From the NCBI RefSeq assembly GCF_028641065.1, contig NC_073382.1, positions 26,474,001-26,538,000 of the forward strand: 64,000 nt of DNA, in the 5' to 3' direction. Positions 1 through 11,650 of the stretch are shown here, piece after piece. The first letter of the stretch is position 1; every line of letters begins with the position of its first letter. The translations under genes and the position numbers were made by a program. The stretch is from Leucoraja erinacea (Eukaryota). Below the pieces are notes generated by a model. The model made no database searches. It saw only the letters and a program-made list of their open reading frames with translations, and had not been told where the DNA came from.

Positions 1-229
1 CTTTATTTTTTATTATTGTATGGCTGTATGGGAATTTCATTTCACTGTGCCATCTGGCACATGTGACAATTAAATGAATCTTGAATCTTGAATGATCACA
101 GTGAGTGGCGGTGCTGGCTCGAAGGGCCAAATGGCCTACTCCAGCACCTATTGTCTATTATTTATTGATATTTGAAGGAAAACACAGAAAATGCTGAAAC
201 ATATACAACATTGAGACAAGGACAAGGAG

Positions 230-630
230 AAATAAAGTTCACTTTCCAGATTGAAGTCCCTGATATTTTTATGTCCCAATCCAGAGAAGTGAGAACAAAA
301 AGCTGGATTGCTACTTCAATGCAGGACTGGTATAAATACAAATTGGGCTCTCATTGGCTTTAGTATGGACAGAAAATATTCTCCAGCACTATGCTGAATA
401 AGATCAAGAGTGTTATTTGTGGTGAACCAGCCAACATTTAAGCGGTAATCAGCAAAATTGATCTGGTCATCACAGTTTGTAGAAGCTCGCAACACTTTAA
501 GATGTTCTTTCATTGGAAACTACTGTACGTAATTTCTTATAATTTAAGGTTATAACTTAAGGTATAACCTTATAACTTAAGGTTATAAAAGAGGCGTGTA
601 AATGTAGGAGTTCCTTTCTTCTCTTTTATC
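230..630 (+). mobile_element. Degenerate DeuSINE/SacSINE1 (AmnSINE-related) ancient SINE, copy A
   Basis: Resembles the remembered DeuSINE consensus (TGTCCCAATCCAGAGAAGTGAGAACAAAA...ACTTCAATGCAG...GCCAACATTTA...TCTGGTCATCACAGTTTGT...TAAATGTAGGAGTTCCTTTCTT); closely similar copy at about 24430-24785. Confidence 0.6.
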
Positions 631-1279
631 ATGTGGCGGCACAGTGACGTAGCGGTAGAGTTGCAGGTTCAAGGATCTGACTAGTAGAATCGAAAAAGGC
701 TCACTCATCTGTTTAGTTACAAATCAGTTTTATTGGCAAGAGAGAACAAAAACAATACTTGGCATGCACGGGGTCCGTTTTACAGCAGCACACCTCTCTC
801 TCCCTCTCTTTTTGTTTTCCTTTCAAAAAACTTTATTCAACACAATTATATGATACAACGCATCAAAACATGATCAGAAATTACAATATATCAAATAATC
901 CTTATAGTACAACAATGCATTCATTGTTTACAATACTCTCAACCCCACGTGGTGACCAGTGTGCGTGTGTGCGTGTGTGCGTGTGTGCGTGTGTGTGTCC
1001 CCCTCTCTCTCTCCCTCTCCCCATTTCAATTCAATTTAAAAAAAACTTTATTGGCATGATAAAACACATCGTTATATTGCCAAAGTATAAAACATGACAT
1101 ACATATTTTAAATGCATAAATATTAATACAAGTATACAGTGCATGGATAGATTAATCCCAAGAAAATGCGCAGATTCTTAGATTAATTTGATAATGTAAG
1201 CTACCACTCATGTAGGTGAAAGGTAGGAAAATCAGGGTGAAGTACATGGGCAGGTAAGATACAATAACATACAGGGCAA

Positions 1280-1865
1280 GGTTACACAAAAAAAGCTGGA
1301 GAAACTCAGCGGGTGCAGCAGCATCTATGGAGCGAAGGAAATAGGCAACGTTTCGGGCCGAAACCCTTCTTCAGACTGATCGGGGGCGGGGGTGGGTGGG
1401 GACAGGAAAAGGGAAAAGGAGGAGTAGCCAGAAGGCTGGGGGATGGGGGGAGACAGCAGGGGGGCTGAGGAAGGGGAGGAGACAGCAAGGACTAACAAAA
1501 TTGGGAGAATTCGATGTTCATGCCCCCCGGGGTGCAGACTCCCCAACTCCCCAGCACCTCATATTCCGTTTGGGGAGTCTGCACCCCGGGGCCATGAACA
1601 TCGAATTCTCCCAATTTTGTTAGTCCTTGCTGTCTCCTCCCCTTCCTCAGCCCCCCTGCTGTCTCCTCCCATCCCCCAGCCTTCTGGCTACTCCTCCTTT
1701 TCCCTTTCTTGTCCCCACCCACCCCCGCCCCCGATCAGTCTGAAGAAGGGTTTCGGCCCGAAACGTTGCCTATTTCCTTCGCTCCATAGATGCTGCTGCA
1801 CCCGCTGAGTTTCTCCAGCTTTTTTGTGTAACCTTCGATTCTCCAGCATCTGCAGTTCCCTCTTA
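1280..1865. mobile_element. Penelope-like element fragment as a long inverted repeat, with GIY-YIG C-terminal remnant and hammerhead-like motifs
   Basis: Arms 1280-1546 and 1570-1833 are near-perfect reverse complements; encodes QHLIFRLGSLHPGAMNIEFSQF, typical of a Penelope endonuclease C-terminus; 14-bp TSD AACATACAGGGCAA at 1266-1279 and 1866-1879. Confidence 0.85.
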
Positions 1866-2004
1866 AACATACAGGGCAATGTGGAAATGTGGGATTGTTT
1901 GGAGAGCTGGCACAGACTTTCAGATTTGATTGGCTGATTGGCCTCTTCGTACATTGGAAGGAAATCTGAAAATGAATTTCTGCTTCTGTTGTTGTCTAGT
2001 TAAG

Positions 2005-2319
2005 GTTAGTTTAGTTTAAAGATACAGCGCGGAAACAGGCCCTTCGACCCATCGAGTCCACGCCGACCAACGATCCCCACACAACACTATCCTACGCACA
2101 CTAGGGAAATTTAGAATTATACCAAGCCAATTTACCTACAAACCTGTACATCTCTGGAGTGTGGGAGGAAAATAAAGATATCTGAGAATACCCATGCAAG
2201 TCACGGGGAGAACATACAAACTCCGTACAGACAGCACTCATAGTCAGGATCGAACGTGAGTCTCCGACGCTGTAAGCGCTGTAAGGCAGCAACTCCACCG
2301 CTGCGCCACTGTGCCGCCC
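2005..2319 (-). mobile_element. tRNA-derived SINE (HE1-like)
   Basis: Minus strand starts GGGCGGCACAGTGGCGCAGCGGTGGAG (A box), has GTTCGATCC (B box) and ends in a (CTAAA)n tail. Confidence 0.85.
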
Positions 2320-2484
2320 ATGACGTCTAATTTTCTGAAAAATATATTAGACGATATTATGGACCAATAATCTTTAGAAAGGCACATTCAAAAAGCCATT
2401 GAGGTCTGCCTTGATGCTGCAATGAAAATAAGGTAAATATGGTTAGTGTAGTGGTGGAAGGAACAAGACTTATGTTGGTCATTG

Positions 2485-3594
2485 TGTAAATAGCTCATTC
2501 TAAGCTTCCCCCAGTCTAGTTTCAGTCAATAAGATACTGAGTCAAGCATTTGCACATCTAAACTTTACTTTGGAAAAACACAATAACAGTTCCCCACTAC
2601 TATACCTAACCACCGCGGGTTCGATCCTTGTATCTGCTTGGCCAAGCCCTTCTAGCCTCTTGCAAGCAGAGACACTCCAAAAGGTCACACAGTCCCAAGC
2701 GTTCTTCCAGAAGATCGACACAGGACTTCGTGGGAGCTACCTTTTATAGGTCCCGAACCTTGAGGGGCCGAACCATATGGGGGTGGTCTCTTTACAGTCC
2801 AATAACAGATATCGCCAAGGACTGCTCTCACCCCAACCATGGACTGTTTACCCTCCTACCATCCGGGAGGCGCTACAGGTCTCCCCGTTGCCGGACCAGC
2901 AGGTCCAGGAACAGCTTCTTCCCTGCGGCTGTCACACAACTCAACAATGTACCTCGGTGACTGCCAATCACCCCACCCCCCGGACACTCCTCCCACAGGA
3001 AAATACACTATGTCTGTATACATGTAAATAGATTTATTTATTGAAATCATATTCTATGTCGCTCTTCCAGGGAGATGCTAACTGCATTTCGTTGTCTCTG
3101 TATTGTACACTGACAATGACAATTAAAGTTGAATCTGAATCTGAATCTGAATCCGGATATCAATTAACACAGCACATGATAGACATTTCCCTAACCCAAT
3201 AATGCAGTGACCAATACATGGTATTCAAACGGAGCTTCTGGAAGGAAGCAAACATAGCAACGTTTGACCAAATATTCAAGAAACCCAGACAAGGCTCAAG
3301 ACTTAACCCAATCAACATCTAGCAAAGTAAAGCTTTGCAACAATATTTACAATGTGTATGTTTGCTTTGCATTCACCCAATCCGTTTCATGCAATTTACA
3401 CCTAATTGTCAGAATCTGCAGATGTCCCATTCTTTCTCTGCAACTCTTATCTGGGCTCTAGACAAGCTGGCACCATTCTGCAGCTTGTCCCATTTCTGCA
3501 GAAGGCACATTTAAATTGACCAAATGGCCTCGCAGCACAGAAGCGTTTACTCAATTTTAGTGTCCCGGCATCCCCAATTTGACCAAAAGTAACA
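2485..3594 (-). mobile_element. Solo retroviral LTR related to the LTRs at 50824-51446 and 57130-57898, interrupted by a LINE 3' fragment
   Basis: Minus strand begins TGTTAC and ends TTTACA; colinear similarity to the 3' LTR, including CCTATAAAAG TATA region and GGGGAAGCTTAGAA end; 4-bp TSD ATTG at 2481-2484 and 3595-3598. Confidence 0.88.
2814..3155 (+). mobile_element. 5'-truncated Rex1/Babar-type LINE 3' end inserted in the solo LTR
   Basis: Encodes DCSHPNHGLFTLLPSGRRYRSPRCRTSRSRNSFFPAAV; (GAATCT)n tail; GATATC on both flanks (2808-2813, 3156-3161). Confidence 0.85.
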
Positions 3595-3829
3595 ATTGTA
3601 TTTGAGCCACTTATTTGGACATTTTCGGCAACATCATCCAAAGCAAAAAGAGGTAACTTGCTAGTTTATCATCTTATGGTTTTATATTTAAAGTGACATT
3701 CTTCAAATTTGTTCCTGTGCAGTAACATACACAAGTAAAACTCTACATCATCATTCATCTTCCATTAGTTTTGATAGAAGTGGCATTATTAAAATGAATG
3801 CTACCTTTTCAACCTTGTTGTATTAGTCA

Positions 3830-4325
3830 CCCATCTTTTTGGAAGAATGTCACTAAGCTGGAAGGGTGCAAAAAAGATTCACAAGGCTGTTACTGACACT
3901 GGAGTGCTTGAATTATAAGGAGAGACTGAATAAGCTGGTATCTTTTTCCCTGGTGTGCAGAAGGTTGAGGGGTGATCATATAGAGGTGTACAAAATCATG
4001 AGGACATTGTTTATAAGGTGAATGGCCACAATCTTTCTCCCAGCGTGAGATAGACTAAAATTAGAGGGCATCCATTTTAAACGAGATGGGAAAGATTTAA
4101 AAGAAACCCAAGTGGCAATACTTTCCACACAAAGGGGTGGTGGGTATCTAAAAGGAGCAATTACGAGGTTTAAAAAACATTTAGACGGGTTCATGGATAC
4201 ATAAATGTTTAGAAGGATTTGGGCCAAAAACAGACAAATGGGATGCCCAGATAGATATCTTCATCAGCATAGACAAGTTGGGCCAAAGGGTATGCTTCCT
4301 TTCTGTCTAACTATGACTCTTTGAT
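3830..4325 (+). mobile_element. CR1/HER1-like LINE 3' fragment
   Basis: Degenerate ORF2 C-terminal sequence (GGTTGAGGGGTGATCATATAGAGGTGTACAAAATCATG) plus typical 3' UTR ending CTATGACTCT. Confidence 0.75.
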
Positions 4326-4886
4326 TCTATACCAAATCTTATTGCCATCTCTTGCATCAGTTTATATGTAAAGGCATACCAGCAGAACAACCGTATTTAC
4401 TTTGGTATTCTAAAATCTAAAATGTTTATTTATTTTGTGTGGCAAAATAGTCAAGAAAATATAGCACATATAGGCAAGCAAATAATCTACACATGAGATT
4501 GAAGTTATACTGACCCAACTACAGACTCTGTTGTGTAATTGTGCATGTACCCAGCAGATGGAGCCCAGTGATGGAGATAATCATGGCAATTGCTTGATAA
4601 ATGAATAAGAAAGAAGTGGAGCATCAACAATATAGACCAATGCCTGGAATTTGTAGCCAGTAGCAATATGCCAATGCTTGAACTTGGCAAAGAAAGCCTA
4701 CACAGATCTAGCAGTCTCTAAGGCAAGGGTTCTTCCACCCCCAAGAATATTGTGATCTTGTGATCTGGTTCTTGTGATCCCTGGCATCTGGCATCAATGG
4801 CACCCATCACATAAAATAGCTCTCACAGGCAGCAAACCAGGAAACAAAAAGCACAGCTTGCAACTAACTATTTACCAGCCTATTCA

Positions 4887-5187
4887 GGGCGGCACAATGG
4901 CACAGTGGTAGAGTTGCTGCTTTGCTGCGCTTACAGCACCAGAGACCCGGGTTCAATCCTGACTATGGGTGCTTGGCTTTATGGAGTTTGCATGTTCTCC
5001 CCATGACCTGCGTAGGTTTTCTCCGAGAGCTTGGGTTTCCTCTCATACTCCAAAGAAGTTTTAGGTTAATTGGTTTAGTAGTGTAAAAACTGTCCCTACT
5101 GTAGGATAGTGTTAATGTGCAGGGATCATTATTCATTGCGGACTCGGTGGGCCGAAGGACCAGTGTCCCTAACTTAAACTAAACTTA
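4887..5187 (+). mobile_element. tRNA-derived SINE (HE1-like)
   Basis: GGGCGGCACAATGGCACAGTGG head, GGTTCAATCC B box, CTAAA tail. Confidence 0.85.
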
Positions 5188-5189
5188 AT

Positions 5190-5900
5190 CAGAACATAAG
5201 CAATTAGAACATAGAACCATAAACAGTACAGGACAGGCCCTTTGTCCATGCCAAACATGATGACAAGACTAATGCATCCTCAGAATTCATATCCCTCCAT
5301 TCCCTGCATACCCATATGCCTATCCGGAAGTCTCTTAAATGGCACCATCATATCTGCAACAACCACCAGCCCTGGCACCATGTTCCAAGCTCTCACCACC
5401 CACTAGAGAGAAGGTGCACCTCACCTTTAAACTTTCCCCCTCTCACCTTAAACCTATGTCCTCTAGTATTTGATGTTTCTATCCTGAGAAAAAGATTCTT
5501 TCTACACTATCTGTGCCTCTCAGAATTTTACATACTTCTGTACCTTAGAACCACTGGCGGTCCAGAGAAAACAATTTGTTTAACCTGTCACTGTAGCTAA
5601 AAAACCCGTAATCCAGGTTTCATTCTGGTAAACCTCCTCTGGGCGCTTTCTGAAGCCTCCACATCCTTGCTGTAATGGGACGATCAGAATTCTCAATTCT
5701 CGCAATTCTCCAAATGCTGTCTAACCAAAGTCCATGCCAACCTTCTTGTCCATTAACACAAATCTAATTTGCATGCATTAGGTTCATGTCCTTCTATGCT
5801 TTGCCTATTTAAGTATCTATCTGAATTAATCTGAAACATTGTGATTGAATAAAACTCCACCTCATCCTCTGGCAATGAGTTCCAGATATCAACTATTTCT
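5190..5900 (-). mobile_element. CR1-like LINE 3' fragments
   Basis: AGAACATAGAACC tail and CR1 3' region in reverse; ORF 5753-6031 contains IWNSLPED. Confidence 0.65.
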
Positions 5901-8900
5901 GTCATCAATTGCTTGTAAACGGCTGCAAGGCAGTGAAAAGAAAAAGACTGTGAATAAAACATGGCATTAGTGCAAAACACAAGTGGAAAACAAGTCCATG
6001 ATAGTGAAGGAGGTAGCCCATGGTGTTCCATAGCTGAGCTAGAATTAGGTTTGTACAGGTCAGTACAAGAACCTGAATAATGCAGGAAAGTAGCTACAGC
6101 ATTCCTGAATCTGGTGGAATATTTACTGAACTCTCTACCAACTAATGGTGCAGTCCCTCACAATAGCACATTATTTGCCAAATGACAGTGATTAGAAGAT
6201 TGTGCGAGTTGGCTCGTAATGGTTGACATGAATATTGCTTAAATTGTTTTAAGAAATTATTTTTTTCATTTTGGCTGAGAAAAAATTAATCTGTGTAAAA
6301 AATTATATTGATACAAATCTAAGTTGAATTACATTGTAATGATATTATTTACAGTCTCTTACTTAGTTTTTGTTAAAGTATCCTATTTTTCTTTATATTA
6401 CAATATTATGGAACTGGTTTCATACACTTGACTCTTTCCAGAAGATTCAGCTAAAATATCAGGTCACAAAAATCTCCAGACAACCAATAATAGTCCAAGA
6501 AACATATGTGCCGAAGGGCCTGTACCTGTACTGTACTGTGTTCTATGTTCTATGTTCTATAACTCTGTAAATATCCATCCATCCAGGCAGCATCTGCAGG
6601 GAGACAAAACAAGATGATGATTTAGGTTGATGAATTTTCATCAGAGAACTGGAAAAAAGTTAAAGATAAAGCAAATGTTAAGGTACATAGAGAGTCAGAA
6701 AAGTTCATAAGTTCAAGTTATAGGAGCAGAATTAAGCCATTCGGCCCATCAAGTCTACTCCACCATTCCATCATGGTAGATCTATCTTTCCCTCTCAACC
6801 CCATTCTCCTGCCTCCTCCTCATAACCTCTGACACCCTAATCCTAATCAAGTAAGGTTTGTGATAGGGTAGAATGCTGGATAGATTGAAAGACAAAATGA
6901 TGAGAAAGCTAACCATCTGATTCTTAGACATGTCAATATCACTGAACCATTAATTATAATTATCGGTAATAAATTGGCTTAAATTCATTGTATAGTAAAT
7001 TGAAAGATAATTTACTGAGGATAAGACACTCAATGGGGCAATGCTGTTGGGTGGGTGGGGGTGGATGGGGGGGGGGGGATGGGTTCAATACACTTCCAAC
7101 TATGTTATATCTGCTCTGGAAATACTTGAAGACAACTGGAAGTGCTTATGATTTTGTGGCATATAAAATTATCCCATCAAATTATTTATTGAAATTATCA
7201 GATGGAATATATATTAGAATAACATTATTTGTGTAATTGTTAATGCATTGTAAGGGTTAATGCACATACTGTAGGTCAATCTGTAGGTTCGTAAAATCTA
7301 ATGCAAGATGATAGACTGTAGTGCTGGATAAACTAGAGGTTTTATATGGTAAACTCTGAAAAAAAGGTAACTAAATTTGCATCGAAGGTGACCTTATGAG
7401 GTCAGAGCTACACCATATCTGATGACCATCATAATTGTATTATTGTAAACCTGATCGTCTCTGTATCTTTGGAACTAAGTTTGAATCGTTTAACTTGTAA
7501 GCTCTAAATTTTGTACTAGATGTCTTATAAAATACACAACTATTATTTACAATGTTTATTGAATGGTTAAAACACCCATTCATCTTATTTGTGGTGTGTG
7601 AGCTTGATCGAGACTAAAGGCCACCATTCAGCGGCAACATTCTTCATGCTGACCGACATAAAAAATGTATTTTAATGGTAGTGAGCACAATGTGTAATAC
7701 ATTCAAAATGCAAACTCTGTCATGCTACCATTATAACTAGCTTTTAGTACTACACTCATATCCATGTCTCCATTAATGCACCACTAAAAGTCTATTATAG
7801 AACTCGCTGGAATTATTCCACATTTACTTGCATCGATTAGCGGAACCTCATAAACTGGTGGCTTTATAGTTGCGTAGCCTTGTATTGGCTCCAATATACA
7901 GAATCATGAAGTATGAACACATTCAGAGATGTGCCTTATAAAATGTTTGGAGAGGATTTTTACTGCATGTCAGGAAATCTTGACAACCAGTTTCAAACTA
8001 CTAATTGGGCAATGTTATTTAGAATACTCAAGGGGCACTCTTGATGGATGCATTAGTGAAGATCTGGATTCATTGCTTCACGTGCTGTCAAGATGTGCTC
8101 CTGTAATTTTGTGGGAGGGTCTTGTTTTATAGGCAATAGACAATAGACAACAGGTGCAGGATCCAGCTAGAACCGCCATTCAATGTGATCATGGCTGATC
8201 ATCCACACTCAGTACCCTGTTCCTGCCTTCTCCCCATATCCCCTGACTCCGCTATCTTTAAGAGCCCTATCTAACTCTCTCTTGAAAGCATCCAGAGAAC
8301 CGGCCTCCACCGCCCTCTAAGGCAGAGAATTCCACAGACTCACAACTCTCTGTGTGAAGAAGTGTTTCCTTGAATCCGTTCTAAATGGCTTACCCTTTAT
8401 TCTTAAACTGTGGCTCCTGGTTCTAGACTCCCCCAACATTGGGAACATGTTTCCTGCCTCTAGCATGTCCAAACCCTTAATAATCTTACATGTTTCAATA
8501 AGATCCCCTCTCATGCTTCTAAACTCCAGAGTATACAAGCTCAGCCGCTCCATTCCCTCAGCATATGACAGTCCCGCCATCCCGTGAGTTAAACTTGTAA
8601 ACCTACGCTGCACTCACTCAATAGCAAGAATGTGTTTCCTCAAATTAGGGGACCAAAACTGCACACTATACTCCAGGTGTGGTCTCATTAGGGCCCTATA
8701 CAACTGGAGAAGGATCACTTTGCTCCTATACGCAACTCCTCTTGTTATAAAGGCCAACATGCCATTCGCTTTCTTCACTGCCTTGCCGTACCCCATTAGT
8801 CACTGCCTGCCATTCTGAAAGGGACCCGTTAATCCCTACTCTTTGTTTCCTGTCTGCTAACCAATTTTCTATCCATGTCAGCACTCTATCCCCAATACCA

Positions 8901-9911
8901 TGTGCCCTAATTTTGCCCCCTAATCTCCTATGTGGGACCTTATCAAATGCTTTCTGAAAGTTCAGGTACACTACATCCACTGGCTCTCCCTTGTCCATTT
9001 TCCTAGTTACATCCTCAAAAAATTCTGGAAGATTGGTCATGCATGATTTCCCCTTCGTAAATCCATGCTGACTCGGACCGATCCTGTTGCTGCTATCCAA
9101 ATGTGCAGTTATTTCAACTTTTATACTTCCCCACCACCGATGTCTGGCTAACTGGTCTATAATTCCGTTTTCTCTCTCCCGCCTTTCTTAAGCAGTGGGA
9201 TAACATAAGCTACCCTCCAATCCACATGAACTGATCCTGAATCTATAGAACATTGGAAAATTATCACCAATGTGTCCACGATTTTTAGAGCCACTTACTT
9301 AAGTACCCTGGGATGCAGACCATCAGGCCCTGGGGATTTATCAGCCTTCAGTCACACCAGTCTATCCAACACCATTTCCTGCCAAATGTGATTTCCTTCA
9401 TTTCCTCCATCACCCCAGATTCTCTGGCCACTAGTACATCAGGAAGATTGTTTGTGTCCTCCTTAGTGAAGATGGATCCAAAGTATCTGTTCAACTCATC
9501 TGCCATTTTCTTGTTCCCCATAATAAATTCACCTTTTTCAGTCTTCAAGGGTCCAACTTTGTTCTTAACTAATTTTTTCCTCTTCACATACCTAAAGAAG
9601 CTTTTACTATCCTCCTTTATATTCTTGGCTAGCTTACCTTCGTACCTCATCTTTTCTCCCCGTATTGCCTTTTTAGTTATCTTCTGTTGCTCCTTAAACA
9701 TTACACAATCCTCTTGCTTCCCGCTCATCTTTGCTTTGTTGTACTTCTTCTCTTTTATTTTTATACTGTCCCTGACATCCCTTGTCAGCCACGGTCTCCC
9801 CTTACTCCAGTTGGAATCTTTCTTCCTCTTTGGATTGAGCTGATCCTGCACGTTCTGTATTATACCCAGAAATACCTGCCATTGTTGTTCCACTGTCATC
9901 CCTACTTGGGT

Positions 9912-10729
9912 GGGCGGCGCGACCGACGTCGCAGCGGCCTCTGCAGTCCGTCTTTTTTTTTTTGTCCCGTGAGGGTATAGTTTATAGTGGGTTTTTAAAT
10001 GTGTATGTGTGGGGGCGGGGGGTGGGTGGGGGAAACTTTTAAGTCTCTTCCCTGTACGGGGACCCGACCTTTTCCCTGTCGGGTCTCCATTGCCGTTGGG
10101 GCCTAGCACCGTGGAGCGGCCTCCAACTGGAACGACGGGTGCTCAAGTCATGGAGCCGGCGGAGCTGCGGACCTACCGTCGTGGAGCTGGCCGGGCTTCG
10201 GAGCGTGGAGAGCTGTGATGGCGCGCTGCTGCGACCCGACTCCGGTGGATGGTGACACCGGGAGCTCGCGGGTCCCCGGTGGGAGACTGCTTCACGGAGC
10301 ACCAGCAACAGCAACTTCTCCCGCCCGAATTGCGGGGTTGAAAGTGACCTGGAGCGGGGCCTTACATCGCCCGGCGTGGCTTAAACAGCCGCGGGACTTG
10401 CTAGCGCCCGCCTGGGGCTCCAACATCAAGACCCGGAGCAGGGCCTTACATCGCCCGGCGTGGCTTTAAATGGCCGCGGACTTGCTAGCGCCCGCCGGGG
10501 GCTTTGACTTTGACATCGGGAGAAGAATGGAGAGCAGGGGAGAGACAAGACTTTGTCTTCCATCACAGTGAGGAGGAGATTCACTGTGATGGATGTTTGT
10601 GTAAATTGTGTTGGTGTGTGTCTTGGTTCTTTTCTTGTATGGCTGCAGAAACCAAATTTCGTTTGAACCTCATGTGAGGTTCAAATGACAAATAAATGAT
10701 ATTGTATTGTATTGTATTGTATTGTATTG
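9912..10729 (+). mobile_element. GC-rich non-autonomous retroelement with internal ~80-bp duplication, two 3' hairpins and (TATTG)n tail, inserted in the CR1
   Basis: CR1 sequence resumes on both sides; imperfect TSD TTGGGT/TAGGGT; hairpins at 10560-10592 and 10662-10685; AATAAA before the microsatellite tail. Confidence 0.8.
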
Positions 10730-11394
10730 TAGGGTATCTTTTCAGTCAACTTTGGCCAGCTCCTCCCTCATGGCTCCGTAGTCCCCTTTTTTCAACGGTA
10801 ACACTGACACCTCTGATTTACCCATCTCCCTCTTCAATTGTAGATTAAACTTGGCCATATTATGGTCACTACCTCCTAATGGCTCCTTAACCTCAAGTTC
10901 CTTTATCAAATCCAGTTTGTTACATAACACCAAATCCAGAATTGCCTTCTCCCTGGTAGGTTCCAATACAAGCTGCTCTAAGAATCCATCACGGAGGCAC
11001 TCCACAAACTCCCTTTCTTGGGGTCCAGTATCAACCTGGTTTTCACAGTCTACCTGCATATTGAAATTTCCCATAACAACTGTACCATTACCTTTACTAC
11101 ATGCCAATTTTAACTCCTGATTCAACTTGTACCCTATATCCAGGCTACTGTTTGGGGGCCTGAAGATAAGTCCCATTAGGGATTTTTTACCCTTACAATT
11201 CCTTAGTTCTATTCATACTGACTCCACATCTCCTGTTTCAATGTCACCCCTTGCAAGGGACTGAATTTCATTCTTCACCAACAGAGCTACCCCACCCCCT
11301 CTGCCCACCTGTCTGTCTTTTTGATAGGAGGTATACCCTTGAATATTCAGTTCCCAGCCCTGGCCCACTTTATTTCTTATACTTTGCGCATTAA

Positions 11395-11650
11395 TATACA
11401 ATACAATACAATACAATACAAATTTATTATCATTTGAGCCCCAGTGAGACTCAAACGAAATGTTGTTTCCACAGCCATACAAACAAAGACACTGTCTTAC
11501 AGACATACACATAATTAAATTCACACAAACATCCATCACAGTGAAGCCACTGTGATGGAAGGCAAGTCTTTTCTCTCCCCTGTTCTCCGTGTCTCTCCCG
11601 ATGTCCAAGCCCCAGGCGGGCGATGATGAGTCCCACGGCCATTTTAGGTT
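11395..11650 (-). mobile_element. 5'-truncated copy of the GC-rich element family
   Basis: Reverse complement carries GACATCGGGAGAG, AAGACTTGCCTTCCATCACAGTG...CACTGTGATGGATGTTTG and a (TATTG)n tail; interrupts the CR1 endonuclease region. Confidence 0.75.

Noticed and set aside
3447-3641. Cys-rich 64-aa ORF resembling a small secreted or Ly6-like domain
   Set aside because: Lies in the U3 part of the solo LTR and crosses its boundary
4887-4965. tRNA-like A/B boxes
   Set aside because: SINE heads continuing into SINE bodies, not tRNA genes
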